Shown: positions 21,801 through 33,807, counted from the stretch's first letter. The stretch: DNA of 64,000 bases from Methanotrichaceae archaeon (GCA_963813075.1 CAWEXU010000013.1:64001-128000); one strand, 5' to 3'. Numbers and translations are program-made. Notes: generated by a model not told the origin, from the sequence alone.

Positions 21801-24565
21801 CTATGAAGAGTGGTTTGAGACGTTGCCCGGCGACCTGCAATCTGAGGTGATAGAGATCTGGGGGCCGCCGCCGGGAGAGGTCATGGTCTACCAGAATCAG
21901 AGCGGTATGTTCCTGGTGATCCCCAAGCTCTCCTTTGGCAATGTAATCCTCCTCCCCCAGCCGAGCAGAGGATGGTTGGAGAACAGCACCGTTCTGTACC
22001 ATGATAAGTCAGTGCCCCCTCACCATCAGTACATCGCCTTTTATCTGTGGCTGGAGCGGAGTTTTGGAGCGGACGGCATAGTTCACCTGGGAAAGCACGG
22101 CACTCAGGAGTGGCTGCCGGGCAAGGAGTGCGGCATATCCAGGGACGACTGGCCGGCTCTATTGGTCTCTGATCTGCCGGTGGTCTATCCCTATATCGTG
22201 GACAATATCGCCGAGGGCACCCAGGCCAAGCGGCGGGGGGATGCAGAGATGATCACCCATCTGACCCCGCCCATAGTGGCCTCAGGGCTCTATGGCAACC
22301 TGACCAATCTGGCGGAGACGGTCTTCCAGTACAAGAGCGTGCAAAACGACAGCGTGAAGGAGGGCTACAAAAGAGAGATCATCAACATCAGCCGGGATAT
22401 GCATCTGGATGAGGATCTGGAGGCGGACCTGAAAAACATCTCTATTAACCAGACCGACTTCAATCACTTCGCTGACCAGCTGGAGGGATACCTCTATGAG
22501 CTGAAAGGCCAGTTCATGCCCTACGGCCTGCACACCTTCGGCCAGCCGCCGGAAGATGAGCCTTTGGCCGGTCTGGTCGGATCGATGCTGGGCGAGGATC
22601 TCCGGCGAGAGGTGGCCAAAAGAATCTCTTATGATGATTATCCCAACCCCGCCCGCCTGGATATGGAAAATGAGCTGGACAACCGCACCAAAAGGCTTCT
22701 GGAGGAGGTGATAATCAATCAGACCGGCTGCGAGATCGCTCAGCAGACTGTGCTTGGAGGCTCGTCCGCAAACCTGACCAGTCTTTTGAACCTCTCCCTC
22801 CACTACGCCCGGGGAATTGAGAATTGCTCACAGGAGGTGCCAGCTTTGGCAGACGGCCTGAACTCCAGCTACATCCCGCCCTCCCCGGCCGATGATCCCA
22901 TTCGTGATCCCGCTGTCCTTCCCACCGGCAGGAACTTCCGCTCGGTGGACCCGAGGAGGGTTCCCACCAGCGCCGCCTGGGAGGTGGGCTCGGATCTGGC
23001 GGAAAAGCTGATCGATAGCTACAGGCAGGATCATAACGGCACCTACCCCAGGAAGCTGGCGGTGGTTCTCTGGGCCTGGGCCATGACCGACCACGGGGTG
23101 GTGGAGTCCGAGATCCTCCGTCTGGTGGGAGCTGAGCCGGTCTATGATGCCTATGGCGGGGTGAGCGACGTCCGGCTGATACCTATGTCCGAGCTGGGCC
23201 GGCCCAGGATCGATGTGATCATCATCCCCTCCGGCCTGCACCGGGACCTCTTCCCGGAGAAGCTGCAGCTAATCGACCGGGCCGTTCGCCTGGCCTCCAA
23301 TGACTCCAGCACTGAGTATCCCAACTATGTGCGAGAGAATACCCTGCGGATATATCAGAACCTGACCGCCAGCGGAAACATCAGCCAGGAGGACGCGATC
23401 ATCCTCTCCGCCTCCCGCATATTCCTGGAGGAGGCGGGGACATACGGCCCCAACCTGGACAGCCCCATATCGGCCAGCGATACCTGGGAGAACGACACAA
23501 AGCTAGGTAGCCTGTTCATCAAGAGGATGTCCTATGTCTACGGCGATGGCATCTGGAGCAGCAAGCTGTCTGGCGGAAAGGATCTATCTGCACTGCAGGA
23601 TGATCTCATGCGGGCCAATCTGGCAGAGGTGGATGCCGCTGCCCAGCACACCAACTCCAATCTCTATGGGTTCATAGACAATGACGATGTCTTCCAGTAT
23701 CTGGGGGGGGATAGGAATGGCGGTGAGAACGGTGACCGGAAGGACGCCGGACATGTATGTCACCGATGCGGTAGATCCCGATAATAGCGATGTCACATCA
23801 CTGCGATCCTTCTTCAGCCGGGAGTTGCGTTCGCGCTACTACAATCCCCAATGGATGGAGGGGATGATGGAGCAGGGCTACTCCGGGGCCCGAGAGATGG
23901 ACCGATTTGTGGAGTATCTCTGGGGCTGGGAGACCACGGTCCCGGATCTGGTCAGCGAGAACACCTGGAACGAGGTGCATGAGATCTATGTCCAGGATAA
24001 GTACCAGATGGGGCTGGAGGAGTTCTTCGATGAGAACAATCCCTGGGCCTCTCAGGCTCTGGCCGGAAGGCTGCTGGAGACGGCAAGAAAGGATCGCTGG
24101 CATCCCTCCCCGGAGGTGAAAGAGGAGCTGGTAGAGCGTTATCGCCAGTCAGTAGAGATGCGTGGCGTCACCTGCTGCCATCACACCTGCGGAAACCTGG
24201 CCTTAGAGGAGTATATGCAGGGTGTGGCCCCAGCACAGGATAGCGCATCACAGGATAGTGCATCCTCTCCAATCTCAAAGAGCACTTCAAGCTCATCCAG
24301 TTCCAGCTCCTCCTCCTCCCGCCCTGAGCCCCAGCCGGGCAAAGAGGCGGCCAGCTCCAACCTGAGCCGATCGGAGGGATTTGGCAGCGAGTCGTCCCGG
24401 CCGGAGCCATCTGACTCTGGGGGAGTCGAGGTGCAGGGGTTTGTGATGGAGGAGGCAGAGGTGAGCAGCATGCAGCCTGTCTCTTCCTCCGCCCCCTTGA
24501 TTGGGGTAGGTCTGGTGCTTACGGTCTTATTCGCCATCTGGATGGGATTTCGGAGGAAGGGATGA
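18887..24565 (+). CDS. Secreted PQQ-type beta-propeller + DUF4430-like + CobN/Mg-chelatase-H-like fusion with C-terminal membrane anchor; frameshifts at T7 (~20455) and G8 (~23705)
   Basis: GTG start with GGGAGG SD, signal peptide, W-repeat propeller, LEDGDRVLFYF, HLGKHGTQEWLPGK, PTGRNF, LGRPRIDV, YYNPQWMEGMMEQGYSGA, CCHHTCGN, Ser-rich linker, TM + RRKG. Confidence 0.85.
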
Positions 24566-24679
24566 TGGGGAAGTAGATCGGTCTTTTGATTTTATTCAGG
24601 GGATTGTCAATGGGACAGTGTAATTATCCCTGAATTTATCCAGGGGGCATTAATCGGGCAGGCAGGGCCGATCTGCCCT

Positions 24680-25345
24680 CTAAATTTTTATAATCTTCTT
24701 GCCGATATCTCGTTTCAGCTCTTTTGCCCTGATCAGAGCTTCATAGGCTTCTCTTGTGCGACCCAGCAACCGGAGAGCATTGCTTTTGTTATGCCATACA
24801 TCGGGATCATTCGGATTGATCTCGATAGCCCTGTCCAATGCCACAACAGCATCCTCCAGCTTGCCCAGAATGCCCAGAGCTGCACCCATATTGAGCCATG
24901 CATCGGGATCTTTTGGATTTAGCTCAATCGCTTTAGAGTACGCCAAAATGGCTTCTTCCGGTTTGCCCAGCCCAACAAGAGCAACACCTTTGTTGTGCCA
25001 TGCACCAACTGAGTCTGGCCTGATTTCGATGGCTTTGTCCAGCGCTGCAATAGCATCCTCAAACTTTCCCAGCTTTACAAGAGCGTTGCCTTTATTGAGC
25101 CATGCATCCGCAAATTGTGGAGAGATCTCAATCGCCGTATCAAATGCTTTTATAGCGATCTTCAATTTGCCTAAAATGTCGAGAGCATAGCCTTTTTTGT
25201 ACCATACATCGGAGAGCCGAGGATTTATCTTGAGTGCTTTATCATAAGCTTTGGCAGCATCTTTGTACTTGCCCCTGGCCAGGAGAGAGTCTCCTATGGC
25301 TCTCCAGTCACGCTCTTTATTTTCTGTGGTATCCTTAACACTCAT
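24680..25345 (-). CDS. Tetratricopeptide repeat protein
   Basis: Regular 34-aa AWxNKGxAL...A.E.NP repeats; ATG at 25345 preferred. Confidence 0.9.
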   Translation of the reverse strand: MSVKDTTENKERDWRAIGDSLLARGKYKDAAKAYDKALKINPRLSDVWYKKGYALDILGKLKIAIKAFDTAIEISPQFADAWLNKGNALVKLGKFEDAIAALDKAIEIRPDSVGAWHNKGVALVGLGKPEEAILAYSKAIELNPKDPDAWLNMGAALGILGKLEDAVVALDRAIEINPNDPDVWHNKSNALRLLGRTREAYEALIRAKELKRDIGKKIIKI

Positions 25346-25572
25346 GCTTTTTCGCCTTTGAGAGGGGCTTGGACATCTGCCCACTCTGAGTCAAACTGCT
25401 GAACCTTGGATCTTCAAGAGATATAAATACGGCGAAGAGCGCCAATATAGGATAGGATCTATGGAGCTTCATCCAGCCGGCTTCAAGCTTAAGCCAAGGG
25501 AGGTATCTCTTCGCCAGGTCTACTCCTTTTCAAAGCTTAACTGCAAAAACTCTCCCGCCTCTATTATTCTCC

Positions 25573-25599
25573 TGTAATACATTGATATACTTGTAATAC
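25573..25599 (+). promoter_or_regulatory. Direct repeat TGTAATAC x2 flanking a TATA-like element (probable TA operator)
   Basis: TGTAATAC at 25573 and 25592, immediately upstream of the antitoxin. Confidence 0.5.
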
Positions 25600-25612
25600 G
25601 AATGTTGTCCTG

Positions 25613-25846
25613 GTGATTCAAATTTCCACATCCGCCTCAGTTCGGCTTCCCGATGACATCGCCCGCGGCCTTGAAGACCTCGCCAGTGCGCTCGATCGTC
25701 CCAAGACTTACATCATCCGAAAGGCGATCGAGGCTTATCTGGACGAGTATGCAGATTACTTCATCGCTCTGGAACGAATAAATGACAAGGACGACAGGAT
25801 CGTCTCTGCCGGAGAGATGAGGGAGCTTCTTGGCCTTCAGGATTGA
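25613..25846 (+). CDS. Ribbon-helix-helix antitoxin (RelB-like)
   Basis: SVRLPDDI..LEDLA..DRPKTYIIRKAIEAYL; overlaps the toxin start. Confidence 0.88.
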   Translation: MIQISTSASVRLPDDIARGLEDLASALDRPKTYIIRKAIEAYLDEYADYFIALERINDKDDRIVSAGEMRELLGLQD

Positions 25847-26084
25847 ATATAAATCTTCGGTCTGGCGAGACCTGAGGCATCTGGATAAAAATATAGCTAA
25901 GCGAATTCTCAATGATACGGAAGGGACACTAGCGTCTGACCCTGCTGCGGGAATCCCCCTTACCGGACAGTTCAAGGGCCTCTTCAAGCTGCGCATTGGT
26001 GATTATCGTGTCATTTACGCAAAAACCAGAGTTGGCGTACTCATTTTAAGAATTGGGCCTCGAAACAAGGTCTACAATAGATGA
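25830..26084 (+). CDS. RelE/ParE family toxin
   Basis: LTGQFKGLFKLRIGDYRVIY, ILRIGPRNKVY. Confidence 0.9.
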   Translation: MAFRIEYKSSVWRDLRHLDKNIAKRILNDTEGTLASDPAAGIPLTGQFKGLFKLRIGDYRVIYAKTRVGVLILRIGPRNKVYNR

Positions 26085-26257
26085 TACCTCGCATCTCTAG
26101 CACCGGACATCAGCGATGCTGAGTGGCGGGCACAGGGCAACGTGAATGGCTCTTATCAGCGCTCGTATGGGGAATTATCCTTATTCACAGGCCGGGTGGC
26201 AGCCGACGAGTGATTGAGCCGGATGAAGTCCTAAAAAAGGGTGTGGATTATCCGAGA

Positions 26258-28240
26258 TCATTTCCCTGATGTGCCCACTGTTCGTGCTACCGTTAGAGCG
26301 ATGATGCTGGCAAAGGCCTCCATCAGCCTGCGCTGCTCCGGCGATAGCAAACGATCAGGGTCGCCCAGGCTCACGCCCATGACCCCGACTGTAACTTCTT
26401 TGGCATGCAATGGCAGATAGAATAGAGATGCAGATGATAGCGTATCCGTTCCCCTCCCCGCCATCTGGCCATTCTCATATACCCATGTCGCCACTCCAAT
26501 CCTGTGCTCATCGAGGATCATATGCTCTCCCATCTCGGCGCGAACCAGGAGCCTTCCGTTCTCATCTGGCAGCAATATCATCACCTCGCAGCGAAAGGCC
26601 TCGGCCACCTTTTTAGCTGCATGGTTCAAAAGTGAAGTCAGATCTTCCTCTGCCATCAGATCTCGGCTGAAGCCATAAAGAGCAGAGATGAAGCGCTCCC
26701 TCTGGCGGGCGTTTTCTCTCTGCCATCTGAGCAGATCCGCCATAAAACTGGTGGCGATTCCGACGATGAAGAAGACGAAGAACATGGGAAGATAGCGCAG
26801 GTCTTCTATCGCCAGAGTCATTGGAGGGGGGACGAAGAAGAAATCCAGGATTGCCACGGCAAATATAGATGCAGCGAGGCCTGCGCGCCTCCCCCAGCTG
26901 ATTCCGCTGTAGACCACAGGCAAGAGAAGCATCATGGCGGTGTTGATCAGTCCTAGCCAGGGGTGCAGCATCCAGCAAAGAGAGGCCATCGCGGCAACGC
27001 TTGCCAGGCCGCCGTAGTAAGGTCTCCAGCTTTTCGATTCCGCCAGCTCAGGCTTCGTCATACTTTCTTTTCTGGCTTCAGCTTCCGTGCTGCCTATGAC
27101 CAGTACATGAATTGGGCCGCTCTTACGGATGATCTGATTGACCACCGAGCCTCTCGGCCATCCATTCCATAATCTGTGCCTCGGCAGGCCGACGACTATT
27201 AGAGTTATGTTTTGCTCCCTGGAAAAGATGAGGATCTCCTCCGCAATTGACCGACTGCTGAGGATCTGTGCCTTTGCGCCCAACTCCTCTGCCAGCCGCA
27301 TGTTACGGGACAGTTGATCTTGATCTGATCGGGTCGCTTGCCTGTCCAGTGGCGATTCAACGTATACTGCGAACCACTCGGCATTAAGATCGGCAGCCAT
27401 GCGCTGGCCTATGCGCACCAGACGCTCGGAAAGAGAGCCAGTGCCGATGCACACCAGGAGCCTGGAGCCTGCTGGCCAGGGGCCGAGAATGCCGTGTAGG
27501 TCCATATAGGAGCGCATGTCCTCGTCCACCTTGCGGGCGGTATAGCGGAGGGCCATCTCCCGCAGCCCCAGCAGGTTTCCCTTGCGAAAGAATTGGCGCA
27601 GGGCTTGCTCGGCCTTTGGGGGCACATAGACCTTTCCCTCATTGAAGCGTGCCAGCAGCTCTTCAGGCGGCAGGTCAACAACTTCCAGCTCGTCGGCCAT
27701 CTGCAGAATTCTATCCGGTACAGTCTCACGGACTCGAATACCGGTGATCTGATAAACGATATCATTAAGGCTCTCGACATGCTGGATGTTCATCGTCGTG
27801 TAGACGTTTATGCCTGCACTTAGAAGCTCTTCCACATCCTGATAGCGTTTGGTATGTCGAGTTCCGGGAGCATTGGTATGGGCCAGCTCGTCCACCAGAG
27901 CAAGAGCAGGACGGCGTGCCAGCACACCGTCCAGGTCCATCTCCTCCAGGGTTATGCCACCGTGTTCAATCCCAATCCGCTGGATCGTCTCCTGGCCTTC
28001 CAGCAAGATATCCGTCTCAAGCCGTCCGTGGGTTTCCACCAGGGCAATGACGACATCAACTCCATCCCTTTTCAGGGATCGAGCCTCTTCCAGCATCTGA
28101 TAAGTCTTCCCTATGCCCGCCGCCGCTCCTACGAAAATTTTGAGCTTGCCTCCTCCTTGCTCTGCTTTATGTTCCTTCTGCTTCAGCCGACGCAGAAGTG
28201 CGTCTGGATCGGGGCGGCTCTCTTGGGGCATTATATTCAC
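26258..28240 (-). CDS. kdpD: KdpD-like sensor lacking HisKA/HATPase domains
   Basis: RPDPDALL, GAAAGIGKT, ALVDELAHTN, USP, 4-TM, GAF, then stop. Confidence 0.9.
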   Translation of the reverse strand: MNIMPQESRPDPDALLRRLKQKEHKAEQGGGKLKIFVGAAAGIGKTYQMLEEARSLKRDGVDVVIALVETHGRLETDILLEGQETIQRIGIEHGGITLEEMDLDGVLARRPALALVDELAHTNAPGTRHTKRYQDVEELLSAGINVYTTMNIQHVESLNDIVYQITGIRVRETVPDRILQMADELEVVDLPPEELLARFNEGKVYVPPKAEQALRQFFRKGNLLGLREMALRYTARKVDEDMRSYMDLHGILGPWPAGSRLLVCIGTGSLSERLVRIGQRMAADLNAEWFAVYVESPLDRQATRSDQDQLSRNMRLAEELGAKAQILSSRSIAEEILIFSREQNITLIVVGLPRHRLWNGWPRGSVVNQIIRKSGPIHVLVIGSTEAEARKESMTKPELAESKSWRPYYGGLASVAAMASLCWMLHPWLGLINTAMMLLLPVVYSGISWGRRAGLAASIFAVAILDFFFVPPPMTLAIEDLRYLPMFFVFFIVGIATSFMADLLRWQRENARQRERFISALYGFSRDLMAEEDLTSLLNHAAKKVAEAFRCEVMILLPDENGRLLVRAEMGEHMILDEHRIGVATWVYENGQMAGRGTDTLSSASLFYLPLHAKEVTVGVMGVSLGDPDRLLSPEQRRLMEAFASIIALTVARTVGTSGK

Positions 28241-28821
28241 ATCCTTTCTGTCAGATCGTCCAATGCCATGTTGAGCTTTAGGACATTCACTCTCTCCTGG
28301 CCTAATATTCCGAATTGAGCCTGCTCTATGGTCTGATAGACGAGCAGCTTTACCTCCGACTGGGAAAGATTTCGGGCTGCCGCAATTCTCGGCACCTGCA
28401 GAATTGCACCCTGCATGCTGATGTGCGGGTCAAGGCCGCTGGCAGAGGCAAGGACCAGCTCTGCCGGAACCGTCACATCGTGCGATAGATTATTCTCTGT
28501 CCTGATCTGTTCAACCCTGCGATCCACTTCATCCATGAGCCGGGAGCTGGTCGGCCCCAGGTTGCTGGCGCCTGAGCTGTTGGCGGCATAGCTCACAGCC
28601 GATGGCCGCCCGTGGAAGTATCCGGGGCTGGTGAAGCTCTGGCCAAGGAGTTCGGAGCCTATGACCTTGGCCTCGGCCAGGATCAGGCTTCCCTCAGCCT
28701 GCTTGGGCATGGTTGTCTGAACTACAATGGTTATCAGCAGCGGGTAGATGAGACCTGTGACCAAGGAAAAGGCCAGGAACAGCAGAACCGGAGTTTTTAA
28801 ATCCCTAATAATATCCTGCAT
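28237..28821 (-). CDS. kdpC: K+-transporting ATPase subunit C
   Basis: YFHGRPSA, SGASNLGP, SASGLDPHIS, VNVLKLN. Confidence 0.95.
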   Translation of the reverse strand: MQDIIRDLKTPVLLFLAFSLVTGLIYPLLITIVVQTTMPKQAEGSLILAEAKVIGSELLGQSFTSPGYFHGRPSAVSYAANSSGASNLGPTSSRLMDEVDRRVEQIRTENNLSHDVTVPAELVLASASGLDPHISMQGAILQVPRIAAARNLSQSEVKLLVYQTIEQAQFGILGQERVNVLKLNMALDDLTERM

Positions 28822-28828
28822 TTTATCC

Positions 28829-30865
28829 TCACCCCAGGTGTAGCATAACTACCATGATGTCGATCAGCTTGATGCCGATGAAAGGAACGATCAATCCGCC
28901 CAGGCCGTAGATGAGCAGGTTGCGACGGAGAAGGACGGCTGCAGTCGTCGGTTGATACCGGACACCCTTCAGTGCCAGAGGAATCAGCATTGGAATAATG
29001 ATGGCATTGAAGATGATGGCAGAGAGAACTGCGCTCGTGGGCGTCTCCAGCCCCATGATGTTCAATATGCCCAGCATTGGATACTGAGCGGCAAATAAGG
29101 CCGGAAGAATGGCAAAGTATTTGGAGAGGTCGTTGGCCACGCTGAAGGTGGTGAGTGCGCCTCGCGTAATGAGTATCTGCTTTCCGATTTCAACGATGTC
29201 CAGCAGCTTGGCAGGGTTGGAGTCCAGATCGACCATGTTGGCCGCTTCTCTTGCCGCTTGAGTGCCTGCATTCATGGCTACGGCCACGTCGGCCTGAGCC
29301 AGGGCGGGGGCATCATTGGTTCCGTCTCCGATCATCGCTACCATGTGTCCCTCTTTCTGATATTTTCGGATGGCTTCCAGCTTGGCCTCAGGACGGGCCT
29401 GGCCTATGAAGTCGTCCAGGCCTGCCTCTGCAGCTATGGCTGCGGCTGTGGTTGGATTGTCGCCGGTGATCATCACGGAACGAATGCCAACCGTGCGCAG
29501 ATGAGATAGTCGTTCCTTGATGTTCTCTTTGAGCACATCCTTCAATCGGATGGCTCCGAGAACCTGGCTGCCCTCAGCAACGACCAGCGGCGTTCCGCCC
29601 TCTCTTGAAATGCTGTCCACTGCCGCTCTGATGCCTTCCGGCATCTTGCCGCCGTTTGCCTTGACATAATCCTCAATGGCGTCATGGGCACCTTTTCGAA
29701 TCTCCCTGCCACTGCAGTTGATTCCACTCATACGAGTCTCAGCACTGAACGGAATGAATGATGACCCTTCAGGTGCTCGAATATCTCTGCCCCTGACACC
29801 CATTTTTTCCTTTGCCAGATCAACTATGCTCCGGCCTTCTGGAGTCTCATCGGCCAGGGAGGAGAGCAAGGCTGCTTCAGCCAGATCCAGGCTCTTACTA
29901 TCTTCAGCAGGGATGAATTCAGTTGCCATTCTGTTTCCCAGGGTGATGGTTCCTGTCTTGTCCATCAGCACAACGTCGACATCCCCTGAAGCCTCAACCG
30001 CTCTGCCGCTAAGAGCGATCACATTATGGGAGAGAAGCCTGTCCATGCCAGCTATGCCGATGGCTGGCAATAGTCCCCCAATGGTGGTTGGCATGAGGCA
30101 GACTAACAGAGCTACAAGAACGGGAATGGTGATGCCAAGGCCCATATGCCCGGCAAAAGCTTCTAGCGTCACCACTACCACAATGAATAGGGCGGTAAGT
30201 CCAATGAGCAGTATCTCCAGAGCTTGTTCGTTGGGGGTCTTCTGACGCCTGGCACTCTCGACCATTCCGATCATTTGATCCAGGAAGGTCTCTCCTGGAT
30301 CAGCAGTGATGAGGACGGTAATCTTTCCGGAGAGGATGCGCGTTCCTCCTGTGACGCCGCACAGGTTTCCCCCAGCCTCTCGAACCACTGGGGATGACTC
30401 GCCGGTGATCGCCGATTCATCCACCAGAGCGACACCCTCTGCGATCTCTCCGTCGCTGGGAATGATCTCACCGTCTGCGACTAGCACTCTGTCGCCCTTG
30501 CACAGTGCCAGGGCAGAGACCGGTTCAATGCTCCCGTCGGAAAGCAGTCGATTAGCTTTGGCCTCGCTCTTAGCCTGGCGAAGAGTCTCCGCCTGCGCTC
30601 GACCCCGGCCCTCAGCCAGTGCTTCGGCGAAGTTGGCGAATAATACAGTGAACCAGAGCCAGATGCTGATTTGTAGATCAAAGGCATAAGCCCTGCCGCG
30701 AAGGATATCGATTGCAGTGATCACAGTGGTCAGGATCGCTCCCAGCTCTACCGCTAACATCACCGGATTTCTCCAAAGCTTTCGGGGATCGAGCTTGGGT
30801 AGGGAATCCTTGGCTGCCTGAAGGATCAGATCGGACTGCCAGAGGCTAGACCTGCTGATTTTCAT
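28829..30865 (-). CDS. kdpB: K+-transporting ATPase subunit B
   Basis: [21 protein letters not shown]. Confidence 0.97.
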   Translation of the reverse strand: MKISRSSLWQSDLILQAAKDSLPKLDPRKLWRNPVMLAVELGAILTTVITAIDILRGRAYAFDLQISIWLWFTVLFANFAEALAEGRGRAQAETLRQAKSEAKANRLLSDGSIEPVSALALCKGDRVLVADGEIIPSDGEIAEGVALVDESAITGESSPVVREAGGNLCGVTGGTRILSGKITVLITADPGETFLDQMIGMVESARRQKTPNEQALEILLIGLTALFIVVVVTLEAFAGHMGLGITIPVLVALLVCLMPTTIGGLLPAIGIAGMDRLLSHNVIALSGRAVEASGDVDVVLMDKTGTITLGNRMATEFIPAEDSKSLDLAEAALLSSLADETPEGRSIVDLAKEKMGVRGRDIRAPEGSSFIPFSAETRMSGINCSGREIRKGAHDAIEDYVKANGGKMPEGIRAAVDSISREGGTPLVVAEGSQVLGAIRLKDVLKENIKERLSHLRTVGIRSVMITGDNPTTAAAIAAEAGLDDFIGQARPEAKLEAIRKYQKEGHMVAMIGDGTNDAPALAQADVAVAMNAGTQAAREAANMVDLDSNPAKLLDIVEIGKQILITRGALTTFSVANDLSKYFAILPALFAAQYPMLGILNIMGLETPTSAVLSAIIFNAIIIPMLIPLALKGVRYQPTTAAVLLRRNLLIYGLGGLIVPFIGIKLIDIMVVMLHLG

Positions 30866-30878
30866 CTCTTTTCCCTCC

Positions 30879-32582
30879 TCAAAACGTCATACCGGCCTGC
30901 AGCTGCAAATGTTCCAGTATCGGGCCGAGCACATAGATCGGGAAGAATGTCAGACCGCCCACGATTATAATGGTGCCTACTAGCATGATCACAAAGAGCG
31001 GGCTTGCAGCCGGCAAAGTGGCGGAGCTGGCAGGAATGATCCTCTTTTGAGCCAGAGATCCGGCCAGGGCCAAAGCTGGCAGGATAGTGGCAAACCTGCC
31101 CACCAGCATGCCGAAAGCTGTGGCCAAATTATAGAAGATTGTATTCGAATTCAAGCCTGCAAAGGCCGAGCCATTATTGCCGCAAGCCGAGGCAAAGGCA
31201 TAGATGATCTCAGAAAACCCGTGTGCTTCAGCGTCGCCAAGACTGGACTGGCCCTGGGGCAGAACTACAGCTATAGCAGCAAGGGTCAGCAATGCGATAG
31301 ATGGTGCCAGCAGGCCGACGACGGCCATGACCATCTCGAAAGGCTCCAGCTTCTTGCCATAGAGTTCAGGCGTCCTACCAATCATGAGTCCTGCCAGAAA
31401 CATGGTCATGATGGCGTAAAAGAAGATGCCAATCAGGCCTACGCCCACTCCCCCGAATATTACCTCGCCTACGGTCATATTAAATAGCAGCACCAGACCG
31501 GCCAGGGGCATAAGGCTATCATGCATGCTGTCAACGCCGCCACATGAGGTAGCAGTAGTGGATTGAGCAAAGATCACTGAGGGTATTATGCCAAAGCGGG
31601 TTTCTTTTCCCTCCATATTCATCCCATTGGCCACTCCCAGATCCTCTAGCAATGGATTTCCTGAAGTCTCAGCCCAAAGTCCAATGCTGAGGCCCATGAT
31701 GTAAAGGAGCAGCATCGATGCGAATATCGCTCTGCCTTGCTGATAATTCTTGATCATGGATCCGAAAGCAAAGGGGAGCGAGGCCGGAATTAGCAGCATA
31801 CCCAAAACTTGCAGGAAATCCGTCAAAGGTGTTGGGTTCTCAAAGGGGTGAGATGAGTTGGCATTAAAAAAGCCGCCCCCATTGGTTCCCAGGAACTTAA
31901 TGGCCTCCTGGGTGGCTGCTGGACCTAGGGCGATGAGTTGCTCTGCACCATCAAGGCCATGGGATATGACATATGGGCCAAGGGTCTGGACGACCCCCTG
32001 GGATGAAAGCATCAGCGCCCAGACAACTGCCAGGGGCAAGAACAAATAGAGTACTGACCTGGTCAGATCGACCCAGAAGTTTCCAATCTCATCGATATTC
32101 TTGCGAGTAAATCCCCTGATGACAGCCATAGCTGCGGACAGTCCCGTGGCTGCTGAAAGGAAATTTTGTACTGTCAGCCCTAGCATCTGGGCCAGGTAGC
32201 TGAGCGTCTGCTCGCCGCTGTAGGATTGCCAATTGGTATTGGTGGCGAAAGATATAGCAGTGTTCAGGGCGGTGTCCCAGCGGACTGCTCCAAGGCCCTG
32301 GGGATTCAATGGGAGAAAACTCTGTATTTCCTGAAGTGAGAACACAGCCACAATTCCTAAGATATTGAAGAGCAGAAGCGATGATGCATAGGTCTTCCAG
32401 TGCATTTCTCGACTCTCATCAACTTCTGCAATTCTGTAAATCCCTTTTTCTATGGGCCGGATCAATGGCGAGAACAGAGTCTTATCGCCGCTGAATATCT
32501 TCGCTATGTATTTTCCAGTAGGAGCTGCCAACACCACCAGGGCACTGAGCAGAAAGGCTACATATGCAAATTCTGTTAGCAT
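30879..32582 (-). CDS. kdpA: K+-transporting ATPase subunit A
   Basis: [25 protein letters not shown] filter motifs. Confidence 0.97.
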   Translation of the reverse strand: MLTEFAYVAFLLSALVVLAAPTGKYIAKIFSGDKTLFSPLIRPIEKGIYRIAEVDESREMHWKTYASSLLLFNILGIVAVFSLQEIQSFLPLNPQGLGAVRWDTALNTAISFATNTNWQSYSGEQTLSYLAQMLGLTVQNFLSAATGLSAAMAVIRGFTRKNIDEIGNFWVDLTRSVLYLFLPLAVVWALMLSSQGVVQTLGPYVISHGLDGAEQLIALGPAATQEAIKFLGTNGGGFFNANSSHPFENPTPLTDFLQVLGMLLIPASLPFAFGSMIKNYQQGRAIFASMLLLYIMGLSIGLWAETSGNPLLEDLGVANGMNMEGKETRFGIIPSVIFAQSTTATSCGGVDSMHDSLMPLAGLVLLFNMTVGEVIFGGVGVGLIGIFFYAIMTMFLAGLMIGRTPELYGKKLEPFEMVMAVVGLLAPSIALLTLAAIAVVLPQGQSSLGDAEAHGFSEIIYAFASACGNNGSAFAGLNSNTIFYNLATAFGMLVGRFATILPALALAGSLAQKRIIPASSATLPAASPLFVIMLVGTIIIVGGLTFFPIYVLGPILEHLQLQAGMTF

Positions 32583-33049
32583 TATGCCACCTCAAATTAA
32601 GATATATTATTCTATGATCATAGGTTATTCGCAGCCAATAGTCTATTGGCTACCTTGGCCGCCTCAGCGTCAGCTTATTGGAAATCATGGTTTGATCTCC
32701 TTGCAGCAGGCCTGAAAATGGTCTCATCTTGTCCCTCTCTTGGAGACGAAATAGGATTGTTTTCATCACTCCAATCAATTTCTATGAAGCCCCTCCTATT
32801 CGGGAGTCGTATAAATATGTATTTGAGAAGGATTATGAAAAATAATCGTGCACAAATAAATATTGCGATTCCTCTGATTCGATCCTGAGTTTTTTGAGAG
32901 GCTGCGAGATAAGTTGTGGAAATGAGGCATCCTTGCTCTATCTGCCTTGTTCAGGCTAAATCTTTCTCATTCTCGCCATAAATTAATAGAAATAAGGTTT
33001 TAGAGGGCCAGAGCAGCAAATTGAAGTATATTCTCTCCATAAATCTATT

Positions 33050-33807
33050 GTGGAAGGCAATATCCTCATCGCCCTGGCTCTGACCCTCTTCGCCGGCCTG
33101 GCCACGGGAATCGGAAGCCTGCTCTCCTATCTGATCCCCAGGCCCGACATGCGCTACCTCTCGCTGAGCCTGGGCTTTGCTGCAGGAGTGATGGTCTACG
33201 TGGGATTTGTGGACCTCTTCTGCAGCTCCAGGCTCGTCCTGGGCTTCGGCTATGCCAATCTCTTCTTCCTGGTGGGTCTGGTCCTGATCTATCTGCTCGA
33301 CCACCTCGTTCCCCATATCCATATGGACGGCCAGGTGGACTCCCAGTGCAACAGGCTTTACCGGAGCGGGATTATGACCACCATCGGCATTGCCATCCAT
33401 AACCTGCCCGAGGGGATGACCGTGGCCCTGGTCTCCCTGGCCGACCTGCGGCTGGGGGTGCCTGTGGCCATAGCCATCGCCATCCATAACATCCCGGAAG
33501 GCCTGGCCTGCAGCATTCCCCTTTACTGCGCCACATCCGACCGGAGGAAATCCTGCCTGATCTCCTTTGCCGCGGGAATGACTGAGCCCTGGGAGCGATT
33601 CTGGCCATCCTGATCCTCTATCCATTCCTGAACGACTGGCTCATAGCTGCCGCCACCGCCCTGGTGGCGGGCATCATGGTCTTCCTCAGCTTTGACGAGC
33701 TGATTCCCATAGCCAACCGATATGGGGACGAACATACCACAAACATAGGCCTTATCGCCGGATTTTTGGTGATGATGGCGGGATTGGTCTTGATGGAATC
33801 GATATAA
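33050..33807 (+). CDS. ZIP-family (ZupT/GufA) metal transporter; frameshift near 33592
   Basis: AIHNLPEG, AIHNIPEG, GMTEP; second frame VAGIMVFLSFDELIP ending TAA 33805-33807. Confidence 0.88.

Noticed and set aside
32590..32950. c-di-AMP (ydaO) riboswitch or kdpF upstream of kdpA
   Set aside because: Consensus riboswitch motifs not seen; no short hydrophobic KdpF-like ORF found
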